Assembly (NCBI GenBank): GCA_016748015.1
Contig: JAAOMT010000703.1
Location: forward strand, 553,170-617,169
DNA: 64,000 bases
Reading direction: 5' to 3'
DNA from: Geosiphon pyriformis uo1
Taxonomy: Eukaryota; Fungi; Glomeromycota
Shown: positions 14,166 through 26,364 of the stretch, in pieces
Layout: every line of letters starts with the position of its first letter
Position numbering within the stretch: position 1 is the first letter of the stretch
Program-made: the position numbers and the translations under genes
The notes under the pieces: generated by a model
The model's database searches: none
What the model was told of the DNA's origin: nothing
The model's input: only the letters and a program-made list of their open reading frames with translations

Positions 14166-15953
14166 ATGAAGAAGTCTGTCAAAGACTTTAGTAAAAATAC
14201 TGTTAGCAAAGATGTTGCCTCTAGAAAAAAAAGAAAAGAGGATGTTCTAAAAGATGGTGTTGCTCATAGAATGGTTTTACCTGATCAATCAGTTGGTGGT
14301 TCTTGGAGGTCTAAAGCTGGTGATACCACCAAATTGGACAGTGTAAATATGAAGAGGGAGTTCTTAATTGAAGAAACTAGTGTGGATTATAGAGAGAAAG
14401 ATATTTTTGAAGGAATAGACAGTAACCAAACATTGAAGAGTCCAAGATTGGTTACCAAGCAGGCTTTGGGCAAAATCAACTTTCTGGACAATAATGATAA
14501 TAATGACATTCTTCTGGATGAACCTATGGTGCTTCCCTCTCCTCTCAAAAAATTAGTCAATATGTCTGCTAAGAAGTCTTTTGCTTTGGATATTGATCTG
14601 ATCAATATTTCTGAAAAATCTGCTTAGGACAAGCTGGCTATAGTCAGAAAATTATTTTCAAAAATCAATGGTTTTGGGGAGGCCTCTACCCCCTCAAAAT
14701 TTTTTGGAATCATCTGGGCAACATTCACTTCTAAATCTAGTTTAATAAAAGCTACCAAATTGGCTGCTGATGTAAAAATCCTGGTGAACACTGATCTCAA
14801 AAAATTGACTGGTCACTCAGATCGGGCTGTGGTGCTAAAGAAAATTCCGGTGGGAACATCAGCTAAGGCTGTGCGTGCTGTGCTATCTGAATTTGGTATG
14901 ATTAAGTCGATTAAGATGCAGTTGGTAAGGCTATAACAGAAACTGATTGTGGAATTTGAGGAACAGAATCAAGCAGATCTTTTGGTGGCTAGGTGGTCTA
15001 TCCTAATTGGAAAAGATGCAGTGTGTGTTGCCAGATCAGATTTGGACAAATTGACATGGGATATAAGAGATCATTATAGAGTGCTGCTCTACACTCTTCC
15101 AGTGGGAACAAATGCTTACAATGTCTGGGACTTCATTGGTTCTGTGGGTGAAAAAACTTGTGTGATTGATTGCCATCTAATTATATACACCTGGGCCAAA
15201 TGTGCCATTGTTTGTTTCAAGTTAGCTGAATCATTGGATGCCATCATGGGAATCACACCTGTGTTAAAAAGTGTTCATCTTTGTTGGTCTTATCTTGGTT
15301 CTGCTATGTGTACAAAGTGTGAAAAACTGGGTCATACATCTCTGGACTGTGTTTTAAGTGAGAAATCTTTTTCTAGTGGCTTACCATGTTGAATTTTGTC
15401 AGATGCAGATAAAAGCAGATTGGCGGCCATTTACGCCAAGCATTCAGCACCTGTTGCTCATCCTGTCTCCTTTGGTGGAGTCTCGTGGGCCAAGATTGTT
15501 GGTGGATCTTCTTTTTTTTCTCCACTTGTTCGAAATGGTTTGGTGAATGCTGGCTCCTCTTTGGAGATGAAGTCTACCCTTCCTGTTATGAGTGATTTGG
15601 AAATAAGATTTGCAGTTCTGGAAAGCAGTATTGCCAGCCTCATGGGACAAATTGGTAAATTGGCTAAGAGGTTAGACTTATTCATGCTGACAGTTTCCCA
15701 GCCTAGCCCTGGATGTTAGCTGTCAGTGATCTCCCTATCACAGGATCAAGTGGGTAATGTAGTGATGAGAAAGGGCTTGAGTGGGGCCACTAGTAGTAAT
15801 ACTGCTGCAATTTTGGTTTCTTCTACCTTTCCTAAGGTAAAAAGGTTGGAAAATATGTTGAAAGGACTTTCCACTTTAGTTCTAAGTCTAACAGCAAAGT
15901 TTGATGGTTTGATTCTGGCTAGTGGTGCACTTTTCAAACCCCTTTTTCAATAA
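14166..15953 (+). pseudogene. LINE 1 ORF1 (one CCHC knuckle, coiled-coil-like C-terminus)
   Basis: In-frame fragments with stops; CTKCEKLGHTSLDC; homologous to 51081-52880. Confidence 0.85.
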
Positions 15954-17458
15954 CAGATTTTGTTTGGAAGATTGCCATGTGTAATGTTTGTAGGATGAAC
16001 AATCTTGCCAAGCAGGATAATGTTATTTGTTGGCACAAAGATATGGACAATTTGATTTCTATTTTTACTGAATCAAAATTAAAAAAAAAGGTTTGCCCCT
16101 GGATTGCCAATAGTTTTGATGGTGTGCGGGTGTTTACTTCTGATCTGAATTCTGGTTATCTGGGTGCTGGTGTGGCTGTTGTTATGAACAATTCTTTGGC
16201 AAAACATGTTTGCAAGGTTTCTAAAGTGCCTGGTTGGCTCATCTCCATCAGGCTGCTTTTCAGAAACAAGTTTTTAGTTTCGATTTTGGGGCTTTATGCT
16301 GGTGCCTCTTCAGTGATCAAGTTTTCTTAAGCTGGTAATGTTAACTTTCTAATTGCCAAGGCTATGAATGATTCATCCTTCGTTATTCTTGGTAGTAATT
16401 TTAACAAGAACAGGTCTCATAGGTGTGCTAGTTATAAAAAATGCTTTGATTTGGGTTTGGTGAATTCTCTAAATAGGAGTTCTGTTGCAAAGACACCTAC
16501 TTGGAGTAATTCTCGTGGTGTATTAAAAACAATTGATTATTTGTTCATCTCTTCAAATCTGGTTAATATGATTGTGGATCATGGTGTGGCTGATATTGTG
16601 AACCATTTTAATACTGACCACAAGGCTGTTTCTGTTTCTATGGGTTTGGGTGGCTTGCTTGATGTTTGTTTGATTTTGTTGTGCAAACAAGCAAATAAGA
16701 ATTGTTGGAAATTCAATGTCAAAAATGCAAATGATACTAAATAGTGTGAGTTTTGAGTGTCTACAGCAGCCAATGCTGTGATGTTTTCAAATAAGTTCTC
16801 TTTGGCCAGTAAATTTTTGGATTTGGATGCCATGTGGGACATTATTCGTAAGATTATGGTTCTCTTAGCAGATGGAACATTCAAAAAAAAGTGGTTTAAG
16901 GGTTTTGATGATGTTTTTACCAAGGTATCCTCCAGGTTTTATAAACTGGAATTACTGGTATCTAAATTGGTCAAGGCATCATGTTCGGTTTCTAGTGATG
17001 ATTTTGTTTTTTTGCTCAAGGTGTGGGACAGACTCAATTCCACTGGTGCATTGGCAGTAAAGTCTTTTTTACTTTTAGGTTCTAATTTTGATGTCATTCA
17101 CTCTGCACTGGCCAAAGCAAGAAAGTTGTATCACTTTTCTAAGTTGTTGGAATCCAAATGCACTAAAGAATCATCTATCAAGCAAGCCATTAATAAAAGA
17201 ATAAAAAGTTTTGAGCTGGACAAAGGCCACATCATCAAGAGTGTGTTGGAGCATCCCTTCCGCAAAGTGGTCTTAGATCATCTTGTTGTGGGGAATGAGT
17301 TGATTTTGGAACCTGATTTGGTCAAGCCTAAGGTGGATGAGATTATGGAAGGGTGGACCAAGAAATGCAAGGTGGTATCTAACATTTCTGATGATTGGGT
17401 CTGCCAATATCAGCCTCTGGATTACGTGTTCAATGGTGCTTTTTCTGGAGTTATGTGT

Positions 17459-18435
17459 TGTTACCAGACGAAATTAGAGATATTATTTAGCATGAAATTA
17501 TCTTATAATTCCTATCATTAATTAGCATATATTATCATTTCAAATGATCACTTATTACATTAGCAAAAAATGTCCGAAATTATCATTTAATAATCCAAAT
17601 TGTACACAACACAAATGTAACCTAATTGCGATGATCAATCATGCAATACCCTGAACTATGTAACATTCAGAAGTTTGCCAAAATTTGTAGAAATTCACCG
17701 AAATAATTGATAGTTCACCAAAATATCTAATAGTTTGCAGAAATAACTTGTAGTTTGCCGAAATGTATCTTTAGTTTAGTGAAATTGTAGAAAATAGCAA
17801 AGTTCAAGTTCATAGAATAGTGTTACGACAAGTTGTATAAAAGAAGAGCTTCTCTCTTCGAGAAAATGTATCTTACTTTAGATTTATCTCTTAAAACTGT
17901 TCCTATACACACAAAAAGAAATAAATATCAAATAATTTGAAAAACCAAATTCTTTAATTATTGTACTTGGAAAATCTTCAAAACCCAACTAACATTTCGA
18001 AATTGATTAGCTACCAATTTCAGTAAACTGTTAGTGACTCCAGGCCTGGATAGAAAACGTTTCCCTTAATAAAATCCTATTTCTTTCACACTTTTTTTAT
18101 TTTTCTTTTCTTTTCTTATTACAATCATTAGGGTAGCCTACAGACGAGATTTCTGTAGAAGAGTTGACTTTCACAGCAAAGTAATTACACATTTTTAGTG
18201 AGCTTCCAGATGAGCAATTTCTGGGAAAGAGTTGACGTTTGCTACAATGTAACTACATAAAGCAACTGGCACAGAATTGGCCATTCTATTCATAAGCCCA
18301 GCAAGTTCAAATTATAGGAGATAATTTGAAGATAAATTCAGTTACTGGAGGTTCAACCACATCCAGAAAACGTGAATTCACAGCAAATAAGTATCAACAA
18401 TGTTACAGAAAAGAGACCAAAAACCTTCGGTAACA
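17459..18435 (+). repeat. 5' LTR of B (977 bp)
   Basis: TGTTAC...GTAACA; 14 differences over the 378 bp comparable with the 3' LTR. Confidence 0.95.
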
Positions 18436-18437
18436 TT

Positions 18438-18455
18438 TGGTGCTCTCCCACAGAA
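18438..18455 (+). other. PBS of B (TGGTGCTCTCCCACAGAA)
   Basis: TGG 2 nt after the LTR end. Confidence 0.8.
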
Positions 18456-18480
18456 ACAACACAGCAACAACAAATTCAAA

Positions 18481-21400
18481 GTGGCGACCACACCAGACAC
18501 AACAACTCTAGAGTATTACCAATCAATTTACACCCACTGCAAGCAAAGATTCAACATTCCAGACAGAATTGAAGTTGTCAAGAAATCAGTATACCAATAC
18601 ATTGAAAACCGTATCAACAATTATCTTTTTGAAAATTACAATATCTCAGAAGTTAGAAACAACCTTTACAATAATTTAGCACACTATTCACAGTTGAGAA
18701 CTGAAGACCTTAATAGTGAAACACTTGCCACTTACTTTCACGAACTTAATTTTAACATTATCAAATACTGTGAAGAAACATACCCAGTGCAGTCTCAATA
18801 CACTATTGATTTTGAATCGGAAACAAAAACAAGCAACAAAGGAAAAAACAAATTAAAGCAATATTCAAGAACCACCCCAAATACTCTAACACTACTGAAA
18901 ACAACTGCCAAACATTTACAAACACCTGAACAAGGAACCAGCTCAAAACTTCCACTTACTATCACATCTTTTCCAGCTTCACTTGCACAAGCACAAACAT
19001 CTAATTCACCTTTGAATCGATTTGCAAGACCAAAAGATTTTACATCACTCAGAAGTCCTACCAGACAACAAGAACCCCTTCAAACTAGTTCCAATCTCCT
19101 TGATTTTCTAGCTGAAAATCAAAGTGAACACTCTGAGACAGCAGCAAACAAAGAAAACAACTTTGAAATAATTGAAGAAGAATCAATAGACAGTGGAAAC
19201 GAAGAAGACAAAATGACAACATACATCGCAAAAATCCCTGAATTCAATGGAGAAGATATTGAGACCAGTCCCCAAGAATGGCTCGACCAAGTTACTAAAG
19301 CTGGAGATGCAAATGGATGGAATGCTGCCAGAATGTTAAGAACAATTCCCTACTTTCTCAAAGGAACAGCAGGAGAATGGTTTGAAAACCTTGCCATCCC
19401 ATTCAATAATTGGAACACTTTCAAAGCAGCCTTCCTTGAACAGTTCACCGACAATAATACCTCCATCACTCTTCGAAATCATTTTTGAAATATCAAACAA
19501 GAACCCTCCGAATCTGTTATGATTTATATTGGGAAATTTAACAAACTTCTCAGACAGATTCGCCAACTCGAGACAAACGATTATTATTCTGATGCTCAAA
19601 TCTTGGATCAATTTATCGCTGGCCTAAAAGATAAACTAATTAAAAAGGTTCACCCACATGTGCCAGAAGATTTAAACTCTGCAATACAGCATGCGAAAAG
19701 ATATGAAATGGCCATAGAAGAAGCCAATCATACAAAACTTGTAAATTTGGCAATTGGAGAAACCAGCTCAGCAGCTGAGGAAAAAATTGACCAACTCACA
19801 AAGAAGGTCGAAAACTATTTTACCAACCAACAACAACAACCCCAAAGATATCAACCACCCCAAAGACGAAATCAAAATAACTTTGCACTACTTTCCAATA
19901 ACCAGCTCCAGAATTGCCATTACTGTAGAATCTCTGGCCACTGGAAAAGAGATTGCAGAAAGCTGCAATGAGACCAACAAAATAGGGGTAATCAACGTTA
20001 CTCTCCACCACAGCAATTTTATTATCAACCATCACCACCAGCTTACTATCCACCAAGACCCCAATACCAAAATAACTATTATCAGCCTGCCCCACAACCA
20101 ATCCAACAGCAATACCAACAATCACCCACACAACATTATCAAGTACCTGCTCAAAGACCAATTACACAAAATCAATTCACACCACAAAACCGATACCAAG
20201 TAAACAACAGTAAAATCAGTTCGAACAACCAATTGTTTCCCCAAAATACCACTCAACTAAGACCCAACCACTACCACACTCAACCCAGTTATTTAACAAT
20301 GCCGGAAGAACAGGATTTTCACCATACTGCACTCTCAGAAGATAGAGCTGCAGCACAACAACAACAAAACCCTTCTCATAACCACATTACTATTCTACCA
20401 GCCCAAATTGCTAAAAATGCCAATCTTTCTGATATCTTTCCTTTTGAATTTGAAGCAAATGAATCACTATTTTTGCTTAGCAATGCAGCGGCTAATGAGC
20501 AAAAGGCCATCACTGCAATGTACACAGAAGCTGAAGTAGAAGAAAAGTCCATTCGCTTGATCCTAGACAGTAGATCCACTGAAAGTATTATTACCTACCA
20601 GTTAATGCAACAATTGAAAAGAAATGTCAACCGACCAGCTCAAACAGTAATCGTTACTGCTGATGGCATGAAAAAGACACCAGTAGAAGAAATTGACAAT
20701 TTTCTATTCACTCTTGATGGAATCACCATTCCAGTCAAAATTCTTATAATGGATGCACCCCAGTACCAAGCTCTCGTCGGAAATGATTGGCTTCAAAAAG
20801 CCAATGCTAATCTGAATTGGGAAACACAAAAGTTAACAATCTCCTACCAAAAACAACATGCCTAGGTACCTGTCATTTGTGGTACATTCAACAAACGCTC
20901 TGAAAAAGCCCCGGCTTTTGAATTTAAACCAGAAGAAGAAAAACCAATAATCAAAACATTCATGGCTCTTGGATCAATGTCCAACTGGGCCGATGAAACA
21001 GAACAAGAATATTTTACTCCACACACTAAACCCGAAACCTCTGGATGGAATATATCTTACTCAAAATCCGAACCAAAGAAACGACACTCCTATATTCCCC
21101 TTAAATGTAAGGACTGCCACAAAAAACTATCGTCAATAGGAGCCTGCATTTCACCTGAAAAAGAATATAAGAATCATACTTGTTATTACTGCAAGGCTTG
21201 TCACAGAGAGTGATGGGGCCATCTAATAAAAAGGAGCGGAAAATGGGACAACACTTCTTGTTTGACTTGTGGAGATATGCTACCAGAAGAATACAATTGG
21301 ATTGATGTAGCAATGAGAGGAGGCGTCTGCAATCAGACTTGCCAATATGTCTTATCAATTTCAGAAAAAGTAAAAAGAGGAACACCCTTTAATGCAGCAT

Positions 21401-24099
21401 ACAACAGTGCTTTCAACAAACTTTATCACTACTCTCATGATGCCAAGATGATTTTCGACTTAGCAATAGCATTAATTAATGGAGCTACCAAAGAAGATGT
21501 TTGTCAAATGAAGGAAGCAGAATACATTGAATACACTATGGAATTAGCTGGATTCGATTATGAAGATGAAGTAGAAGTCTGCCACCAAATTGCAAGTCAC
21601 ATCTATCTGACCCAAGAAGCTCAAATTCAACGATTAGAGCAAATGAACATTAGGCTATGTGAAGAATGCATTATGCCTTGTGATGAACAATGGTGTCCTG
21701 AATACTATGCTCTTAGTATCCCCTTGCCCAGCGAAAATGATGAAAATGAAATTGAATTTGGAAAACCTGAAGAAATGGAAGAAATTGAAACAACACCCAT
21801 CTACCTTATTGAAAATCAGCCTGCCTTACAACTTAAATACTTCAACAACAATGGACAAGGAATAAAACCTGAAAAAGCACACGAAATTGATGTTGGATAT
21901 GACCTAAGATATCCAGGCAAGGATACTCTTGTTCTCAAACCCAAATCTCTTACAAAAATCAACCTCAAAATTGCACTCATAATCCTGCCAGGAGCAATGG
22001 TTCAAATTGCCTTCTGGTCCTTTCTGGCAAGCAAAGGAATCAATGTCAAAGGAAGAATAATCAATGCTGGATATACTGGAGACATAACAGTGATGCTTCA
22101 AAATGAAACTGACAAACCATTCAAGATCGAACATGCTGAAAAAATTGCCCAAGCTATTTACCTACCCTTAATCAACATTTCGGGTTTACAACTAGTTAAC
22201 CAAAGAGAACAATTAGGAAAAAGCGATAGAGGAACCCAAGGTTTTGGTTCAACTGGACGATTTACAGTTCCAGTTAATATAGCTCTTAACATACAGAACA
22301 AATCCCACCAGATTCTCAGACTTCCACAACCGATTACCATCTCACCCTTTGGAGAACATCCGGAAATCTACACCTGCCTAAAGCCAACAACCACACAACA
22401 AATTTTTGAGTCCAATGAGCAAGTCTGCTTGGAACATAATATTTTGATCCCAAACATTTATATTCCAGAAGGAACAAAGAAAGTCTAAGTTACTTTTTAC
22501 AACCCCAATAATTACCCCATAATTTTATTAAATAATTTAGAAATTGGAGTTATTTACAGTAATATATTTCAACAAAAATTACCCCAAATAGTTCCCGATT
22601 TCTCTGAAATTATCGGACATTCAATACCAAAAACCAATCCAAACCCCAGCTCCAAAAACTACCATGTTGTCATGGGAAAACTATCTCGAATCAACATGGG
22701 ACAACTTGAACCACAACAACAGATCCAGCTCAAAGAGCTAATTGCAGAATTTGCTGATATCTTCGCCAAAAATAACAATGACTTAGGAAGAACTGATTTG
22801 GTTCAACACCAAATCTATACAGGAGATGCCAAACCAAGGCAACAACAAGCCTACTGAGTTGTCCCAGAAAGTCACCAATTTATCCGAGAAGAAGTACAAC
22901 GGATGCTTAACAATGGGCTTATTCAACCATCAATGAGTCCATGGGCCTCACCTGTGGTCCTAGTTAAAAAGAAAAATGGGAAGATACAATTTTGTGTTGA
23001 TTACCGACAACTCAACAGTGTCACTATTGGGAATGCCTATCTTCTTCCCCAAATTGATGACATGTTGGATGCCCTTGGAAAGTCCAAATACTTTTCAACA
23101 TTAGATTTAGAAAGTGAATACTGACAAGTTGCTATGGATCCCAAAAACCGCCCCAAAACAGCATTCACCACTCAAGGAGGAAATTACAAGTTCAATGTAA
23201 TGCCTTTCGGATTATGCAATGCACCAGCAACATTCCAAAGACTCATGGATGTTGTTTACAAAGGTCTCCTTTGGAAATCAGTAGTAGTTTATCTTAATGA
23301 CACTGATGTTTATTCACCATCTTTCGAGCTACATTTAATTCACCTGCGAGAAGTTTTTCAATGATTACGGAAAGCAGGATTGAAACTGAACATTGAAAAA
23401 TGCTACTTCGGAAAAACAAGTTTAGCTTTTCTTGGTCACATTGTTAGCAAAGATAGAATTAAACCAGACCCTGGAAAAATCAGTACTGTCAAAAACTTCA
23501 AGACTCCACAAAATACTACAGAATTAAGAGGATTTATTGGATTAGCATCCTATTACTGAAAATTCATCAAAGGATTCTCAGAAATTGCAAAACCCCTCAA
23601 CCAGCTCACTACTAAAAATGTCGAATACAAATGGACAAAAGAACACCAAAATGCCTTCAAGATACTTAAGGAAAAACTCACAACAGCTCCAATCCTCGCC
23701 TACCCAGACTTCAGCAACCGATTTCGGTTAGCAACTGACACTTCTTATACTGCCTTTGGTGCCATTCTATCACAGTTAGACGACAATGAAAATGAGCGAG
23801 TAATTGCTTATGCTAGTAGAACATTAAAGCCAGCCGAAAAGAACTACCCCACAACAGAATTAGAAACTGCAGCAGTAATCTGGGCCCTACATCACTTCAA
23901 CCTTTACCTCAGACCCAAAGAATTTGATATTATCACTGATAATATTGGACTTAAATGGCTTCAAAACAAAAACACCCAGCTGAACGCAAAACAAACCCGA
24001 TGGACAGAATTTTTAGCTAATTACCGATACATCGTACACCACAAACCAGGAAAACTCCACATCAATGTTGATTGTCTCTCAAGAATGAGGCAAGATTAG
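18481..24099 (+). pseudogene. Element B ORF1: single-frame Gag-PR-Cys-rich-dUTPase-RT-RNaseH (~1870 codons; point-mutation stops only)
   Basis: All ORF-track fragments 18400-23364 share one frame: capsid (IPEFNG..EWL), CHYC..GH...C knuckle, LILDSRS, dUTPase, YLND (mutated YLDD), IAYASRTL; ends DCLSRMRQD-TAG. Confidence 0.93.
21868..22257 (+). other. dut: dUTPase domain inside B Pol
   Basis: All five motifs of trimeric dUTPases in order: DVGYDL, (R>W)SFLA, GRIINAGYTG, KIAQAI, RGTQGFGSTG. Confidence 0.92.
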
Positions 24100-24148
24100 A
24101 AAACAAAACCAACATTCATTTAAATTAACAGCATCAAAACAACAAACA

Positions 24149-25534
24149 ATGAACCCCGAAAATTACAACAATCTCAAACAATATTTGGAGACATTAACAA
24201 TCCCAACAGATTGGTCCCCAGACAAAAAACATTGGTTACAACAACAAGCCAAACAATATTTTCTACACAACAACATTATCTATCATTGAAATTTCAAAAA
24301 CCCAACCAAACCACTCAGATTAATACAAGAACAAAAAAAAGAGACCATTTTATATAACATGCACTCAGATCCTTCATCAGCACACTTCGGAAAAGATAGC
24401 ACCACCCAAAGAACACTAAAATACTACTTTTGGCCTCGAATGAGAAAAGACATTCACAAATATGTCGAATCTTATGATAGTTGTCAAAGAAGAGAAGGAA
24501 CTCGCCCTACAGAACCTTTAAATCCAATCAAAGTTGGACAGCCTTTTGACAGAATTGGTATCGATTTAGTCGGACCACTATCTATCACCACTCAAGGAAA
24601 CCGTTATATTGCAGTAGCTGTAGACTATCTTACTAAATGGCCTGAAGCCAGAGCCATTCAATGAGCAGATGCAAAATCAGTAGCAAATTTCATCTACAAA
24701 GACATTATTTGTAGACACAGATGTCCAATTGAACTTTTATCCAATTAGGGAACACACTTTGTGAACAACCTGATACAAAAAATTTGTGAACAATTCAATG
24801 TCAAAAGACCTCTGTCTTTGCCCTACCATTCATAAACAAACGGACTTGTGGAACGTTTTAACAGAACATTGTGTGAGTCATTAGCCAAAGTCTCAACCAA
24901 TTTTGAGCAAGAATGAGATCTCTTTATTCCATCAGTGTTACTAGCATATAGGACATTAAAACAAGATACCATGAAATACACACCATTTGATTTAACTTAT
25001 GGAAGAACGGCAACGTTACCAATCAGTTTCACAGTGGAAACATACCCAGCACAACTGATCGATGAAAACAATTTCCAAGAAATGCTTCAGCGAAGAGTCT
25101 ACACTCTGTTTAGCACATTGGAAGGAAAACGACAAATAGCAGCCACCCATATTGAACACTCCCAAGCTCAACAAAAAGAACGGCATGATAACAAATTGCC
25201 TTCAGTCACCAATAAATTCAAAATTGGAAACAAAGTTCTCTTACACAGAACTAAAGCTGAAAAACAATGGAATGGAAAATTTGAAAATAAATGGGATGGA
25301 CCATTCTTTATCCATGAAGTCCTAGGCAATAGATCATACAAGCTAAGACTTGATAACAAAATCCTAGCAAAAGTTGCACATGGAGATCGTTTGAAACACT
25401 ATTATTCCAGAAACAATCCTGAACCATTAATTCCACAAATTGGTACACATTCCCCTTTGGTTAGTCCTGAAGATATTCCCCGAAACTTAGAACCAATAGT
25501 TGTCATTAAACAACCTTCCAACCTGAATACTTAA
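24149..25534 (+). pseudogene. Element B ORF2: stand-alone DDE integrase with GPF motif, no chromodomain
   Basis: ATG at 24149 (MNPENYNNLKQYL); HHCC, GIDLVGP, NGLVERFN, KWDGPFFI; frame differs from ORF1. Confidence 0.92.
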
Positions 25535-25644
25535 TTTAATTTTACTAGTTATTCTCTTATAATTTAGAAACAATCTCACAAAAACAAAACAAAAATAGCA
25601 TAAAAACCCATACACCAAAAATTATTTTATTTCAATTGCTTATA

Positions 25645-26364
25645 ATGACTATTCCTCAAAACATTCAACAATTATCCCAAAAACTAATGTTAGTTTTAAA
25701 AACAATACCCGAATTATCCATTACTGTTATTAGAAACCACATAAATTATACCCAAACAGAAGTAGTTACAAAATTAGCTCCAAATTCATGAAAATATCAC
25801 CCATATAAAAAGAACACAAGAAGTTATACTGGAATTCATCTGCCAGAACTTCTAAAGCTTGCTTTAAGAAAAAACCTAATGCTCACTCCGATTAGTATTC
25901 CACCAAATGCTACAATTCAACAAAAACTTTAACTGTGTCTCAATGAGGAAAACACTGAATATCCTCCAATTTATAGATATTTTTACATTGAAAAAACACT
26001 CTACGAATGGAAACTGGAACTTACAACAGCAAACTTCACAAAAGAAGTTATTCAGAAACAACTCCACAATGAATTCAAAACAACAGCTGGATCAACAAAC
26101 AGTTGCTACAGGCTTAGAGCTGCTTTTAGACTTTATGATCTATTCCACACCTGTGAAAATGTACTACAAAACCCAATTTTTCAACCTTTGAAGATTCAAT
26201 ATATTGGAAAGCTCACAGAACTGAAATTTCAACAATTTTCAGACCAAATTTCTTCAATAATTTTGGATTATTATCTGGAAATAACAGACAGTACTTGGAC
26301 TTCGACGGAGCTCAGTCTTGAGAAGGAGGTTATGTTACCAGACAAAATTAGAGATATTATTTAA
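25645..26364 (+). pseudogene. Element B ORF3: ~239-aa accessory protein of unknown function (missed by the ORF track)
   Basis: Manual translation from ATG 25645 has only two internal stops (TGA 25789, TAA 25930, both one C>T from a sense codon); resembles element C ORF3. Confidence 0.78.
26320..26329 (+). other. Polypurine tract of B (GAGAAGGAGG)
   Basis: Purine run 3 nt before the 3' LTR. Confidence 0.8.

Noticed and set aside
18400-18402. ATG start of the 362-aa ORF
   Set aside because: The 3' LTR has ACG at this position, so the ATG is most likely a CpG-decay product inside U5.
25907-26191. 94-aa ORF from the track
   Set aside because: Off-frame shadow of ORF3 (25645-26364).
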